A stretch of DNA of 64,000 nt from a virus: positions 1 to 64,000 of the IMG/VR virus record IMGVR_UViG_3300032087_002150; one strand, given 5' to 3'. The notes below the pieces were generated by a model. That model ran no database searches, was not told where the DNA came from, and saw nothing but the letters and a program-made list of their open reading frames with translations. Made by a program: the position numbers and the translations under genes. Shown piece by piece: positions 46,781-55,736 of the stretch; within the stretch, counting starts at the first letter, position 1, and each line of letters begins with the position of its first letter.

Positions 46781-47671
46781 CTACACCTCGAATAGCAAGT
46801 GCTTGGTGTGCCTTGCTAATCTGTAATTGTGATAACTGTGCGCAAGTTCTTGCTCCCTTACAAGAAATCCTTCTTCATATGCACAGTTATGTATAAAGCG
46901 ATAGAACTGTTCCGGAAGTCGAAACACTGGGGCATGAGGATTTGTGACTTGATGTGCTACAGTCATATCAGTTGTAGCAGTGATGAATAGTTTACCGAAG
47001 TTCTTTGCCACTACATGCCACATACCGTCATATCCTATACAAAATGCACATTCGCGAATATGTTCATAGACATCACGGAAGTCATCTCTGTATGTGAGTT
47101 TTACAATCTCGTAATCTGGGAACATGTACCCCAAAGAGTTGTGAAGATCTTGCCAGTGCGCTACACTCAAAGGATGATTTTTATAATCTTTAATCTCTTC
47201 AGCATTTTGATTGGGAGACCAAATACAGATTTTCTTTTCCATAGTTGGCAAATCATCCCAGCGCCACTCTGGACCACAGTATTTATGAAACGGAATACCC
47301 TCCTTCATATCTTCAATGTTGCCGCTCTCTACGATCCAACGTTTCGGTCTATGCTTTCTCCTCAATGCGTTGTCTTCCATCAACAAGTCAACATATGAAA
47401 ACATGTCTGATGCCCACACGTTTTCGTATGAGAACATATCATTCTTCCAGAGTCTTTCATAGACGTGACGATAGCGATCCTCGATGGATTCTGGATCATC
47501 GGGCATTACTTTATAATCGCCAGTGAGTGGATTGCCGTGTCGATCCTTGCCCCAGTGAAGACAAATATGTACATGTCGATTGTAGTGTGCCGCCCATGCC
47601 GCTGCTACATTCAACGCACCAATAATGTCACCTGCGCCTTCGCCGCCTCGTGTATGGATTAGTTCTTCCAT
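46781..47671 (-). CDS. GT-B-like glycosyltransferase/hypothetical
   Basis: GAGDII...CIGYDGMWH (GT9-like). Confidence 0.5.
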   Translation of the reverse strand: MEELIHTRGGEGAGDIIGALNVAAAWAAHYNRHVHICLHWGKDRHGNPLTGDYKVMPDDPESIEDRYRHVYERLWKNDMFSYENVWASDMFSYVDLLMEDNALRRKHRPKRWIVESGNIEDMKEGIPFHKYCGPEWRWDDLPTMEKKICIWSPNQNAEEIKDYKNHPLSVAHWQDLHNSLGYMFPDYEIVKLTYRDDFRDVYEHIRECAFCIGYDGMWHVVAKNFGKLFITATTDMTVAHQVTNPHAPVFRLPEQFYRFIHNCAYEEGFLVREQELAHSYHNYRLARHTKHLLFEV

Positions 47672-47835
47672 TATCCGAAGTGATCTAACTTTTCAGATTT
47701 TTCTATGAGTTCCTGTAGTACACGAACAGCATCGCGAATCTGCGCTTCTTGATGAGTAATGTTGTCGTCTCGGTTAGTTTGCGGGATGGGACCAAGTTTC
47801 ACACATATATGATAAAGTGCCTCACGTGGCGTCAT
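47671..47835 (-). CDS. 54-aa hypothetical (not in track)
   Basis: MTPREALYHIC...; fills gap with overlaps. Confidence 0.5.
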   Translation of the reverse strand: MTPREALYHICVKLGPIPQTNRDDNITHQEAQIRDAVRVLQELIEKSEKLDHFG

Positions 47836-48176
47836 TTTGTATTACCCTCGCACATGTGTCTCATGTTCTTAACTATATTCCTCAGTTCACCTGCCATATC
47901 AAAGAGAGGTGGTTCATACTGGACTGCTTGATTCGCCCATAGGTGATCAAGCATATCGTCAAATATATCTAGGGTCTTTTCTAAACGCACCCAGTCGGCG
48001 TAGGTTGGGGCATCTTCCATATCAAGAGAGAACTTCGTGTTCTCATAAAATGAAGTGAGATCATCGATGAGTTGTTCCAATCCCAACTTATCGATGATCC
48101 CTTGTACTTCTTCCTCTTTCTTTTGCTTGAAAGATTCTATTGATACAACATTGCTGTCACTATCCACACTGTCCAT
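47832..48176 (-). CDS. Hypothetical protein
   Basis: 114-aa ORF. Confidence 0.6.
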   Translation of the reverse strand: MDSVDSDSNVVSIESFKQKKEEEVQGIIDKLGLEQLIDDLTSFYENTKFSLDMEDAPTYADWVRLEKTLDIFDDMLDHLWANQAVQYEPPLFDMAGELRNIVKNMRHMCEGNTK

Positions 48177-48477
48177 TGACTTTTTCCAGTACCTTTAGTC
48201 TGCATACATTACTTAGATTGATATGCGTCTTATGCTCATGCTGTATAAACTCGCCTGTGATTGTATCCAGTTGTAGTTCATATCCAACAATGAAACGCAA
48301 TCCATCACCATGATAAAACTCATGCTTCGCAATGTCGTACATGCTTTCCCAGATCTTATAGAGTTTGATTGAACCACCACCAAACTCGATCTCTACATGA
48401 CGATAAGCATCATCATCCTTAGATGAGACTTCATAGGTTTGCACGGTCATGTCCCATAACTTATAATTCGTTTTCAT
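48160..48477 (-). CDS. Hypothetical protein
   Basis: 105-aa ORF directly after TTGCGT-16-TATAAT (possibly leaderless). Confidence 0.6.
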   Translation of the reverse strand: MKTNYKLWDMTVQTYEVSSKDDDAYRHVEIEFGGGSIKLYKIWESMYDIAKHEFYHGDGLRFIVGYELQLDTITGEFIQHEHKTHINLSNVCRLKVLEKVNGQCG

Positions 48478-49147
48478 ATATTATATTATACGCGACTTTG
48501 ACAAAGACGCAATACCCTGCGAAAATTTTTTTCTGAACACGTTTTGAAAACTCGCACAGTTTCAGGCGAACATGAGTGCCAGTATTCCTAACGCACAAAA
48601 CGTCAGGAACACATACCACACGATTTTAAAAACGAAGGGCACGATAAGATTCAGTGCCCATACCATCACTCCTACGACTGCCAGTAACACCAGTACATAT
48701 GGAGTTGCTATGATGACAGCTGCGAGATCCATTACGAGTTAAGTCTCTTCTCCAATACGGCGATCTCTTTCTGCTGCCGCTCATTTGGTTCTTGCACCTT
48801 CCGCAGTCGCTCCAGTGCACCCTGCCGTCTATTACGGACGTTCTTCTTGTGTACCATCGGTACTCTCCTCTTCATTACATCCATACTCAATGTATGGACA
48901 CTCATTGGTTCGGTTTGGCATTTCAGTCTCGACGTATGTCATCCAGACTGCGAGTAACACCACGAAACCCCACATTACACTCCCTCCGGATTTAACCAGT
49001 GAGACACTTCATGCTGTGCCTCGTCTAGACTGAGATAGCGACACAACTTGCGCATCACTGCCTCCACGCTTTCATGCTCAAGGCACTCTAGTTGGTCCAA
49101 AACCCACTCGCCCATTGTACCACGAGCATACCATTTCACTTCACTCA

Positions 49148-49333
49148 TCACAATCTCCTTGCTTCAATTGAACTCATACTCACACCCGAATAACGACTTG
49201 CGCTACCGAACGTGTTGTAGTATTTCTTTTCGGCACTATACTTTGACATAGCAGTGACCATGATATCAGTTGAAATCCCATCGACAAAGATTAAGTAACG
49301 ATAGAACATCATTCGAAGAACTCTCCTGTCCAA
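49148..49333 (-). CDS. Hypothetical protein
   Basis: Small ORF in chain of coupled genes. Confidence 0.5.
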   Translation of the reverse strand: MDRRVLRMMFYRYLIFVDGISTDIMVTAMSKYSAEKKYYNTFGSASRYSGVSMSSIEARRL

Positions 49334-49539
49334 ACATCATAGTGATGCCAATCACGTGTATTGACTGCTTTCTGACGCTCTTTACTGATCAATCTTCGTA
49401 GTGCTTGCTCAAACTCTTGCTCTTTACCATTGAGTACAGGAGTCCCATCTCTACGAACGATAATCCAGTGATCAAGAAACATATCAATGTCATCGGGTAA
49501 ACGAGGATCATTGTTTACCTTAATCAACGCATCATGCAT
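49309..49539 (-). CDS. Hypothetical protein
   Basis: AGGAG SD, 76 aa. Confidence 0.6.
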   Translation of the reverse strand: MHDALIKVNNDPRLPDDIDMFLDHWIIVRRDGTPVLNGKEQEFEQALRRLISKERQKAVNTRDWHHYDVWTGEFFE

Positions 49540-49689
49540 TTTTCTCTCCTAAAATAGATGAGTAGTGAGGTGTCATTATCATATACACCGTTCGAGGGGA
49601 TACAGGTGGTGTCAGTCCCTGCCTCACTACTCGCCCCCATTGAGCAACAACGTCTCGTCACCCATCCTGCGCAGGATACTTTGAAAACT

Positions 49690-49810
49690 GTAGGAGTCCC
49701 GTTGTTCGTTTTGTTCGCGCAGTGAAACATTGGGGGGACCCTAAACCTTGACCCCATTTTGAGTAGGAGTCCCGTGTGACCAATACCCCCCATAGGTTTG
49801 GGGGGGGGGG
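49690..49810. repeat. 13-bp direct repeat plus C6/G11 hairpin
   Basis: GTAGGAGTCCCGT at 49690 and 49763; CCCCCC..GGGGGGGGGGG at 49786-49810. Confidence 0.7.
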
Positions 49811-49821
49811 TCATACTATGA

Positions 49822-50043
49822 TCACTCCTCGTCATCGGTACTCTTACGGAGTCTCTCTTTCATCCAGTCCTTAAGACCAGACTCTCCTCCTAGGCACTTG
49901 ACCTCTAAGGAATATTTCTCTGAGATTTTCTCTACTAGATTAGCACTCGAGAGAACATAGAAATCACTAGGATGTAGCAGTATGTTCTTTGCTTTACCAG
50001 ATGTTGCCCATCTCTCTATGCGTTCAGCAAGAGGTGTTGTCAT
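49822..50043 (-). CDS. Hypothetical protein
   Basis: ORF from MTTPLAER. Confidence 0.5.
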   Translation of the reverse strand: MTTPLAERIERWATSGKAKNILLHPSDFYVLSSANLVEKISEKYSLEVKCLGGESGLKDWMKERLRKSTDDEE

Positions 50044-50233
50044 TGTCAGTAGCACTATTGCTCTCCTCAAATTGATACAAAATACCATACACTAGATCAT
50101 ATGCCTGTTGTATCTCACTCAGGCGAATACGATTCTCATCAGATGGGTTATACTCAACAGCACGTTTTGCTGATTCAAGTCTCCCATGGAATGTGCCTTC
50201 TAGATGTGCACATAATGCGGATGTGCTGATCAT
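50024..50233 (-). CDS. Hypothetical protein
   Basis: ORF from MISTSAL, ATGA overlap. Confidence 0.45.
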   Translation of the reverse strand: MISTSALCAHLEGTFHGRLESAKRAVEYNPSDENRIRLSEIQQAYDLVYGILYQFEESNSATDNDNTSC

Positions 50234-50740
50234 ATGGCCAACCCCATCATGACGCCGAGTATGACACCCAACGTGGCACATACGAGGATGCCTGACATGA
50301 CGTCCTCATCGGTGTTGGTCTCACGCTTCTTATGCGCATAGTCCTTATACGGTTTCATCAAACTCCTCCATCAGAGCACAAATCTCTTCATGACTTTTAT
50401 GAGGATACAAATCGCGCATATCGTCATAGACACTGTCATATGAGCAGTATACATGATCCCCATAACGAAACGAGTGATTGTAGAAGATTTCCTCGATCTG
50501 AGTCATTATGCTGCCTCCCTCTGTACATCTGCTTCCATGGCCATCAGTTCAGCGAGGATGATGATTCGCTCATCACGGTCAATCAGACCTGCTTTGAAAT
50601 CATCATTTGCTTTCTGCTTACGGCGAGCGATCAGGCGAAGTACAGTAGAAACGGTCATATTCATCTCCAAGAGGGGAAGGTCATTCAGTTAAGTCTAAGA
50701 GGATCATCCTCACCAGTCGACACTTCACCCTACAATACCT

Positions 50741-50799
50741 ATTATACTGATTTCTCAATCAAAGTAAAGCGAAAAAACTCCTGAAAAAACAGCGACTTA
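50741..50799 (-). promoter_or_regulatory. Early promoter with degenerate IHF box
   Basis: TTTACT-16-TATAAT; AAACAGCGACTTA. Confidence 0.65.
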
Positions 50800-51033
50800 C
50801 ACAACCCCATAGCAATCATTAGCAATTTTCGTGGTTTTTCAGTCGCCCAAGCACCAACTAACGTTCCTGGAGTGCCTCCCATGCCCGATGATCAAGATAT
50901 CGCCTATGAGCAGCGAGGGTATTAGAGGAGAATGCACCAGGAGATTCCAAGAGGAAGTTCTCTAAGTCATTGAAAGTCATACCTAAAAACTCACATTCCT
51001 TATAGAGAATGGTCATAGCACTCTTAAGAGTCA

Positions 51034-51255
51034 TTATGCTACCTCCGCAAAAGCAAGATGAAGATCAATGAGTTCAGCATAGTAACCATAGAATGCTTCG
51101 AGCGAACCCATCTCTTCGATGACACGATCAACACCAAGATGCATCATGATGTCAGCTTCAACGAAGTCCCAGTCAGTATTGCCATCAACGACGTTCTCAG
51201 GATGATCAACATAGTGACGGAACAGTTCAGCGATTTCAGCGCGAATATTTGACAT
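51034..51255 (-). CDS. Early hypothetical protein
   Basis: PENVVDG..DWDFVEAD motif; GGAGG SD. Confidence 0.7.
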   Translation of the reverse strand: MSNIRAEIAELFRHYVDHPENVVDGNTDWDFVEADIMMHLGVDRVIEEMGSLEAFYGYYAELIDLHLAFAEVA

Positions 51256-51458
51256 TATTGTGCCTCCTTCAAGACAGAGAAAAGACAGTTCTGAGCAGCG
51301 ATGCCCCAAGCGAACTGACGAAAAGTCTTAGTTGCTTCAGGACCAAACGCTGCTTGGTATTCCATGAAGTTTGCTCGACAGTTCAACCACTCGTTTTCAG
51401 ACCAAGAGGTGAGTTTTCGCTCAATCATTTCGTCAGTTACTAGGTCAAATGCTTTCAT
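51255..51458 (-). CDS. Early hypothetical protein
   Basis: GGAG SD, follows promoter. Confidence 0.65.
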   Translation of the reverse strand: MKAFDLVTDEMIERKLTSWSENEWLNCRANFMEYQAAFGPEATKTFRQFAWGIAAQNCLFSVLKEAQ

Positions 51459-51483
51459 ATCCAACTCCCTATTCAATATAATC

Positions 51484-51544
51484 ATTATACTGGTTATGAG
51501 GAGCAAAGTAAAGACTGATTTTCTCTATATGAATCAGTGAGTTA
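51484..51544 (-). promoter_or_regulatory. Early promoter with IHF-like box
   Basis: TTTACT-17-TATAAT; AATCAGTGAGTTA 51532-51544. Confidence 0.75.
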
Positions 51545-52012
51545 TGAAGAGTAGGGGATGAGTGGCAGGTTACTGATAATGCTTGACTTTTTCGACAGGA
51601 TAGGGGTTCGGACCCTCCTCTCCGCTATAAAGGTTATTTTCACCTATAAATCCCACACCGTATATGCTTTCGCCCTATTATGAGGCGACGATGAGTGAAA
51701 TCCGCCTATATGATGCTAAACTCTTGTTTTTCCTAGAGTTTTCGCGATATTTTTTAGATTTCACTATAGATTGTAGGATGAATACACGATAATAGACGTA
51801 TGAGTAAGTAAGAGACTGTATAGGAGTTATTTTCACTATACTTTACACATTTTTATTGATTTTCAATAGTGTTCATGCACGAGTATTTACGGTTTGACCT
51901 CGTTTGTTCCTATAGTAAAAGAACATATATGCATAATACATCGCCTGTTTAGGATGATGTACTGGATCCGCTTTAGGATATTGTCTTAAAAACTCTTTCC
52001 AGAGGTCATCAT

Positions 52013-52390
52013 TCATGATAGGAAGTTCAGTATAGCGATTGAGAGTAATACGAGTGAAACACCGTTCAGTAGGATTAACGCTCTATCTTTCCATAGGATA
52101 CTGACTGCTAACCAACCTACAATACCGAACCATCCAAAGGCGATATCATAAGAGTAGTAATCAGGTCCAGCAGAACGAAAGGTCAGCGAAATAAGAATCA
52201 GAACAGATGATATCCATTTAAGATACCAGTCAAATGTACCTTTAGGAGTAACTGATTTCTGTATTCGATTACTATGTTCTATCTCTCCTACAGTGTATTC
52301 CTGACCTGTAGGTTCATTAGTGATCGTTTCTTCAGGTGCTATCAGAGAACCTTTTAGGTTCTCCTTTTCGAGTTCACTCGTATCGTTCAC
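52013..52390 (-). CDS. Three-TM membrane protein
   Basis: DWYLKW...WKDRALILLN. Confidence 0.7.
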   Translation of the reverse strand: MNDTSELEKENLKGSLIAPEETITNEPTGQEYTVGEIEHSNRIQKSVTPKGTFDWYLKWISSVLILISLTFRSAGPDYYSYDIAFGWFGIVGWLAVSILWKDRALILLNGVSLVLLSIAILNFLS

Positions 52391-52598
52391 GGAAGAATCT
52401 CCTTATACGCATTTTACGATATACAGATAAAGCAAAGAAAGTAGCAGTAAAATAGACAGTGATTTCTAGAGCACTCCAGTCTAGATTTACAGCAATAGAC
52501 GCCAATACAAAGTTAATAGGAACACCGATAAGAGTCCCTGCTACGGTATCAGTGAATGCTTCTTTAAAGTCAAGGGTTGTTTTCATAACTGTATCCAA
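52374..52598 (-). CDS. Two-TM membrane protein
   Basis: EAFTDT..G...N; basic tail RRFF. Confidence 0.6.
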   Translation of the reverse strand: MDTVMKTTLDFKEAFTDTVAGTLIGVPINFVLASIAVNLDWSALEITVYFTATFFALSVYRKMRIRRFFRERYE

Positions 52599-53130
52599 GG
52601 GTTGCTATATCAGCAGCATGCCGTTTCGCGACCTCTTTATACGTTTCAGTGGTATAATACTCAGTGTAGTGTTTGTGCTCGGTAGAGTTCTTGACTCCGA
52701 GCGGTTCGTTACAGTTACAGAGTTCTTGTATCTTAGAAAAGTCAGTGGCGAGATTCTCGAAACGTAATATCAATGCGTTTGGCGGGAAGAAAGACGTTTG
52801 ACGTCTCTTCGCATTTCCCCAAGACGTGTTCATGACAAACTCGTGAAAGTCATCGCTCACCCAGGACGCATTACGAAGGCGATAGTACGCCCAAGTAGAC
52901 ACGAGTCTATCCCAGGGATTGCGAACGACCACTACCACGGTTCCTGGATTCAGACGTCTAGCACGCATATGCGATTTGACTTTAGAGAACTCCCAGTGCT
53001 TACTTCCGAATGAGAGTGGCATATAGTCGGTGCCGTGTGCGTGGGTTTTTAACCACGAGGAAACGGCGGATCCGGCAGTTTTCGGGATGTGAACGAAGGT
53101 GAGTGGAATGTCAGGACAATATACTGCCAT
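52570..53130 (-). CDS. Sulfotransferase (Sulfotransfer_2)
   Basis: FVHIPKTAGS, VRNPWDRLVS. Confidence 0.85.
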   Translation of the reverse strand: MAVYCPDIPLTFVHIPKTAGSAVSSWLKTHAHGTDYMPLSFGSKHWEFSKVKSHMRARRLNPGTVVVVVRNPWDRLVSTWAYYRLRNASWVSDDFHEFVMNTSWGNAKRRQTSFFPPNALILRFENLATDFSKIQELCNCNEPLGVKNSTEHKHYTEYYTTETYKEVAKRHAADIATLGYSYENNP

Positions 53131-53606
53131 TATCTATCTGCCTTAAAACCAAAGGAACAACCAACACGAGGTTCAGTCAATGTAACAACTTCATGTATCG
53201 TGTTCGCAGGAAAGTAAATCGCGTCATTTTCAGAGAGTTTATACTTCATTCCATCTATTTCCCATACTGTCGAACCAACACACTGTATGTATAAAATATC
53301 AGTCTCATCAGAGTGTGCGCCAAATCCAACGAAGTCTGTATCGTAGGCGACATAGAAGTGCGCATCACAGTGAGGAGAATGCGTAGCACTCATTATCTGA
53401 GCACAGAATCGTTTAACGGATTCAGTCGTAATGTAAGCAGTCTGACTACAGTAACCGTGATCGTACAGTTTTATGTTATCAACCGAACGAGCGTAGGTAG
53501 CATCTGCTTCAGCGTCTTCGAGTGTAATGTTCAGATCGTAAAAGTTCGGGAGATATATTACTTCTTCGTTGCGTATCGCAGTTTGTAGATCAAGTGAGAA
53601 GTTCAT
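53130..53606 (-). CDS. JmjC/cupin oxygenase
   Basis: HSD..D...QCVG...W, HEV, PRVGCSF. Confidence 0.75.
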   Translation of the reverse strand: MNFSLDLQTAIRNEEVIYLPNFYDLNITLEDAEADATYARSVDNIKLYDHGYCSQTAYITTESVKRFCAQIMSATHSPHCDAHFYVAYDTDFVGFGAHSDETDILYIQCVGSTVWEIDGMKYKLSENDAIYFPANTIHEVVTLTEPRVGCSFGFKADR

Positions 53607-54456
53607 AGTTCCTCAACAGGAGTTCCTTACGATTCTTTTCATCCTCGCGATAGTTCTTACCTGAATGTAGTGTGTAGGTCAGATCAAAGGTGTGTTGCTG
53701 CCAGTCATGATACATTGTTTTCAGCAACTCATTGTTATCGTAGGAGATCATCATGTTAGATTTACAGTAAGAAACCTGCGTATGAAACTCCACGTGATCG
53801 AAGTTCTTATGCATGTCACCGTTACGACCGTACAGGAACGATGTACCGTCCTTTCCTACTTTCGCATAGGGTGGATCGAGATAGATAAACGTGTTAGGAT
53901 CATCAATGAGACAGTCAGAGTAGTCAACGTTGGTAATCTTCCAGTTCTTGATATGCTCTCCGTAAAGTAACAGCGAGCGAATGTTATTCTCACTGAAGTT
54001 TGATACGGATGCCTGCTCACTGAAACCTGATGATTCACCCAGACCTGAGAAGGAACACTTGTTACATACCCACCAGCGCCAACCAATATCAAACTTATTG
54101 TTCCATGGTTGACCGCAATCTATTTTCAGTAAATATGCCTTACAGTCCTCGAACAGTTTACGATGACCCACTGCGTCCCTCGCGTCACTTTTGACCTTCA
54201 GAAGCGTTTCTACGAGGTCTGAGGGAGAGTCACGGAGTGTAATCCAGAAGCAATATAGGTTATAATACTTGTCATTGATGTGAATAGGAACGTGAGGGAA
54301 CTGACGTGAAAAGGCGAATGCCATTGACCCGCCACCCACGAAAGGTTCAACGTATTTTCCTATCAGAGAGTTAGGCAGGAACTGAAGCAACGTCTTGGTT
54401 GCTCGAGACTTCCCGCCCATGTATCGAATCGGAGTTTTTAGTTTTCTCGGTAGCAT
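53590..54456 (-). CDS. Dam-like (D12) adenine methyltransferase
   Basis: RYMGGKS, EPFVGGGS, IND, YLDPPY; TTGACA-16-TATAAT upstream. Confidence 0.92.
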   Translation of the reverse strand: MLPRKLKTPIRYMGGKSRATKTLLQFLPNSLIGKYVEPFVGGGSMAFAFSRQFPHVPIHINDKYYNLYCFWITLRDSPSDLVETLLKVKSDARDAVGHRKLFEDCKAYLLKIDCGQPWNNKFDIGWRWWVCNKCSFSGLGESSGFSEQASVSNFSENNIRSLLLYGEHIKNWKITNVDYSDCLIDDPNTFIYLDPPYAKVGKDGTSFLYGRNGDMHKNFDHVEFHTQVSYCKSNMMISYDNNELLKTMYHDWQQHTFDLTYTLHSGKNYREDEKNRKELLLRNYELLT

Positions 54457-54488
54457 AATATAATATTATACTCAGGAAGGGTCAAATG

Positions 54489-54755
54489 TCAACCCATATA
54501 CAGTTTATCAATGTGATCCGAAAATGCTTCAATCTTAGTCAGACGCTCTGGCCAGTAGATATAGTCGCGCTCAGGGTCTTTCTTAAGATTGTTTAGAAGT
54601 GGTTGGATTGCCTTGTAGATGCTGTCGAGTCGTGCTTTAATCTCGTCTGCTTCTGCTGTGGTCGACTCCAACTTGGCGGTAGTCTCTTGGATAACCTCAA
54701 GTTCGTCGAGTGTAACTGCTGTAAAACCAAAGTCAAAGATGTCTTCACTCATCAT
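54489..54755 (-). CDS. Conserved T4-like hypothetical protein
   Basis: FDFGFTAV...PLLNNL..P..DYIYWP.R. Confidence 0.75.
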   Translation of the reverse strand: MMSEDIFDFGFTAVTLDELEVIQETTAKLESTTAEADEIKARLDSIYKAIQPLLNNLKKDPERDYIYWPERLTKIEAFSDHIDKLYMG

Positions 54756-54969
54756 CTTCCTCCCATGCTCCGCAATAGTTACAGGTTTCGTTTTTACCGA
54801 TCCACATTACACCCATTTCTACAGTGCAAGAATGCTGCCACATATTGTCATAGTTGACTTCGTGTAGCATAGTGGGTTTCTTAGGTTTACTGAAAATACG
54901 ATCCCAGTTAGATTCAAAAGTTTCTCTATCCACCGAGAAAGGTCTCGGCGTATCACCCTTTCCGTTCAT
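54745..54969 (-). CDS. Hypothetical protein with Zn-binding tail
   Basis: GKGD.PRP...NWDRIF; HSC...CNYC. Confidence 0.65.
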   Translation of the reverse strand: MNGKGDTPRPFSVDRETFESNWDRIFSKPKKPTMLHEVNYDNMWQHSCTVEMGVMWIGKNETCNYCGAWEEDDE

Positions 54970-55238
54970 TGTAAAATGATTCCGCTAGTTTGCTGTTGCC
55001 ATGCTTTTTCAAGTTCAGGTGCAGTTGCAACTACAGCAACAATGCTACCCTTGTAGAATACACCACCAGTCGGATCCTTGATACCTGTCATACAAATACC
55101 AGGAGCGAGACCAGCACCCTCCGATTGATTGACGAACAAACGGGGATCTGCTAGTTCAATAGAATCTACGGTCTCTTCAACAACACGACCAATGATTTCA
55201 CCGATATGAGTCACCAATGTTACAACGTCACCTTTCAT
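54966..55238 (-). CDS. Sm/LSm-fold-like small protein
   Basis: GDVVTL...GEIIGR...L.DP pattern. Confidence 0.55.
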   Translation of the reverse strand: MKGDVVTLVTHIGEIIGRVVEETVDSIELADPRLFVNQSEGAGLAPGICMTGIKDPTGGVFYKGSIVAVVATAPELEKAWQQQTSGIILQ

Positions 55239-55483
55239 AATTTATCACCTCTATTCACGTAATTTTCTCTGTTTTGCATAATCCAACGATCAAGAGCATC
55301 TTCAAGATCTTCTTGATCAAAAGTACCTTCTTCATGAAGGATTTTAATTATTTTCATGCCACCTTCAGCAGACCCATCTTGATATCCTAGTCGGAAACCT
55401 ACCTGTCCTCCTAGTAATCTACCTATGTAATATGCTCCTGCTAATAAGATTGTGGCGATGAAAGTATGAGTTATAGGATCCAA
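55235..55483 (-). CDS. Single-TM hypothetical protein
   Basis: N-terminal TM, GFRLGYQDG; TTG start. Confidence 0.55.
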   Translation of the reverse strand: MDPITHTFIATILLAGAYYIGRLLGGQVGFRLGYQDGSAEGGMKIIKILHEEGTFDQEDLEDALDRWIMQNRENYVNRGDKL

Positions 55484-55485
55484 GG

Positions 55486-55701
55486 TTATACGCCAAGGAA
55501 ACTTTGAATGGAAGGTAACACTTGAAGTATTACTAAACCACCGAGCACCATGTAAGTTATGCGCTCAACTCGTACGAGACGAGTTTCGATATCATCCAAC
55601 TGTCGCTTTAGCGAGTGTATGGACTCATCGATGTGTTCGATTTTAGTTTTCAACACTGCTACCTCAACCTGTAGTTCAACTTCTGAATCGTCTTGTAACA
55701 T
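55486..55701 (-). CDS. Coiled coil plus C-terminal TM (XhlA-like)
   Basis: Heptads then TM; CTAAATA late-like promoter at 55734-55740. Confidence 0.55.
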   Translation of the reverse strand: MLQDDSEVELQVEVAVLKTKIEHIDESIHSLKRQLDDIETRLVRVERITYMVLGGLVILQVLPSIQSFLGV

Positions 55702-55736
55702 AATAGGGTTCCGAGAAAGAAATTATGTCACTTTAT

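Noticed and set aside
51545-51630. tRNA-Ser-like 3' end (GGGGTTCGGACCCTCCTCTCCGCTA)
   Set aside because: No matching acceptor 5' strand, D arm or anticodon arm, and no CCA; no tRNA gene recognised anywhere in the window
48500-52012. CRISPR array or mini-array
   Set aside because: Repeats are short, few and irregularly spaced; no cas genes
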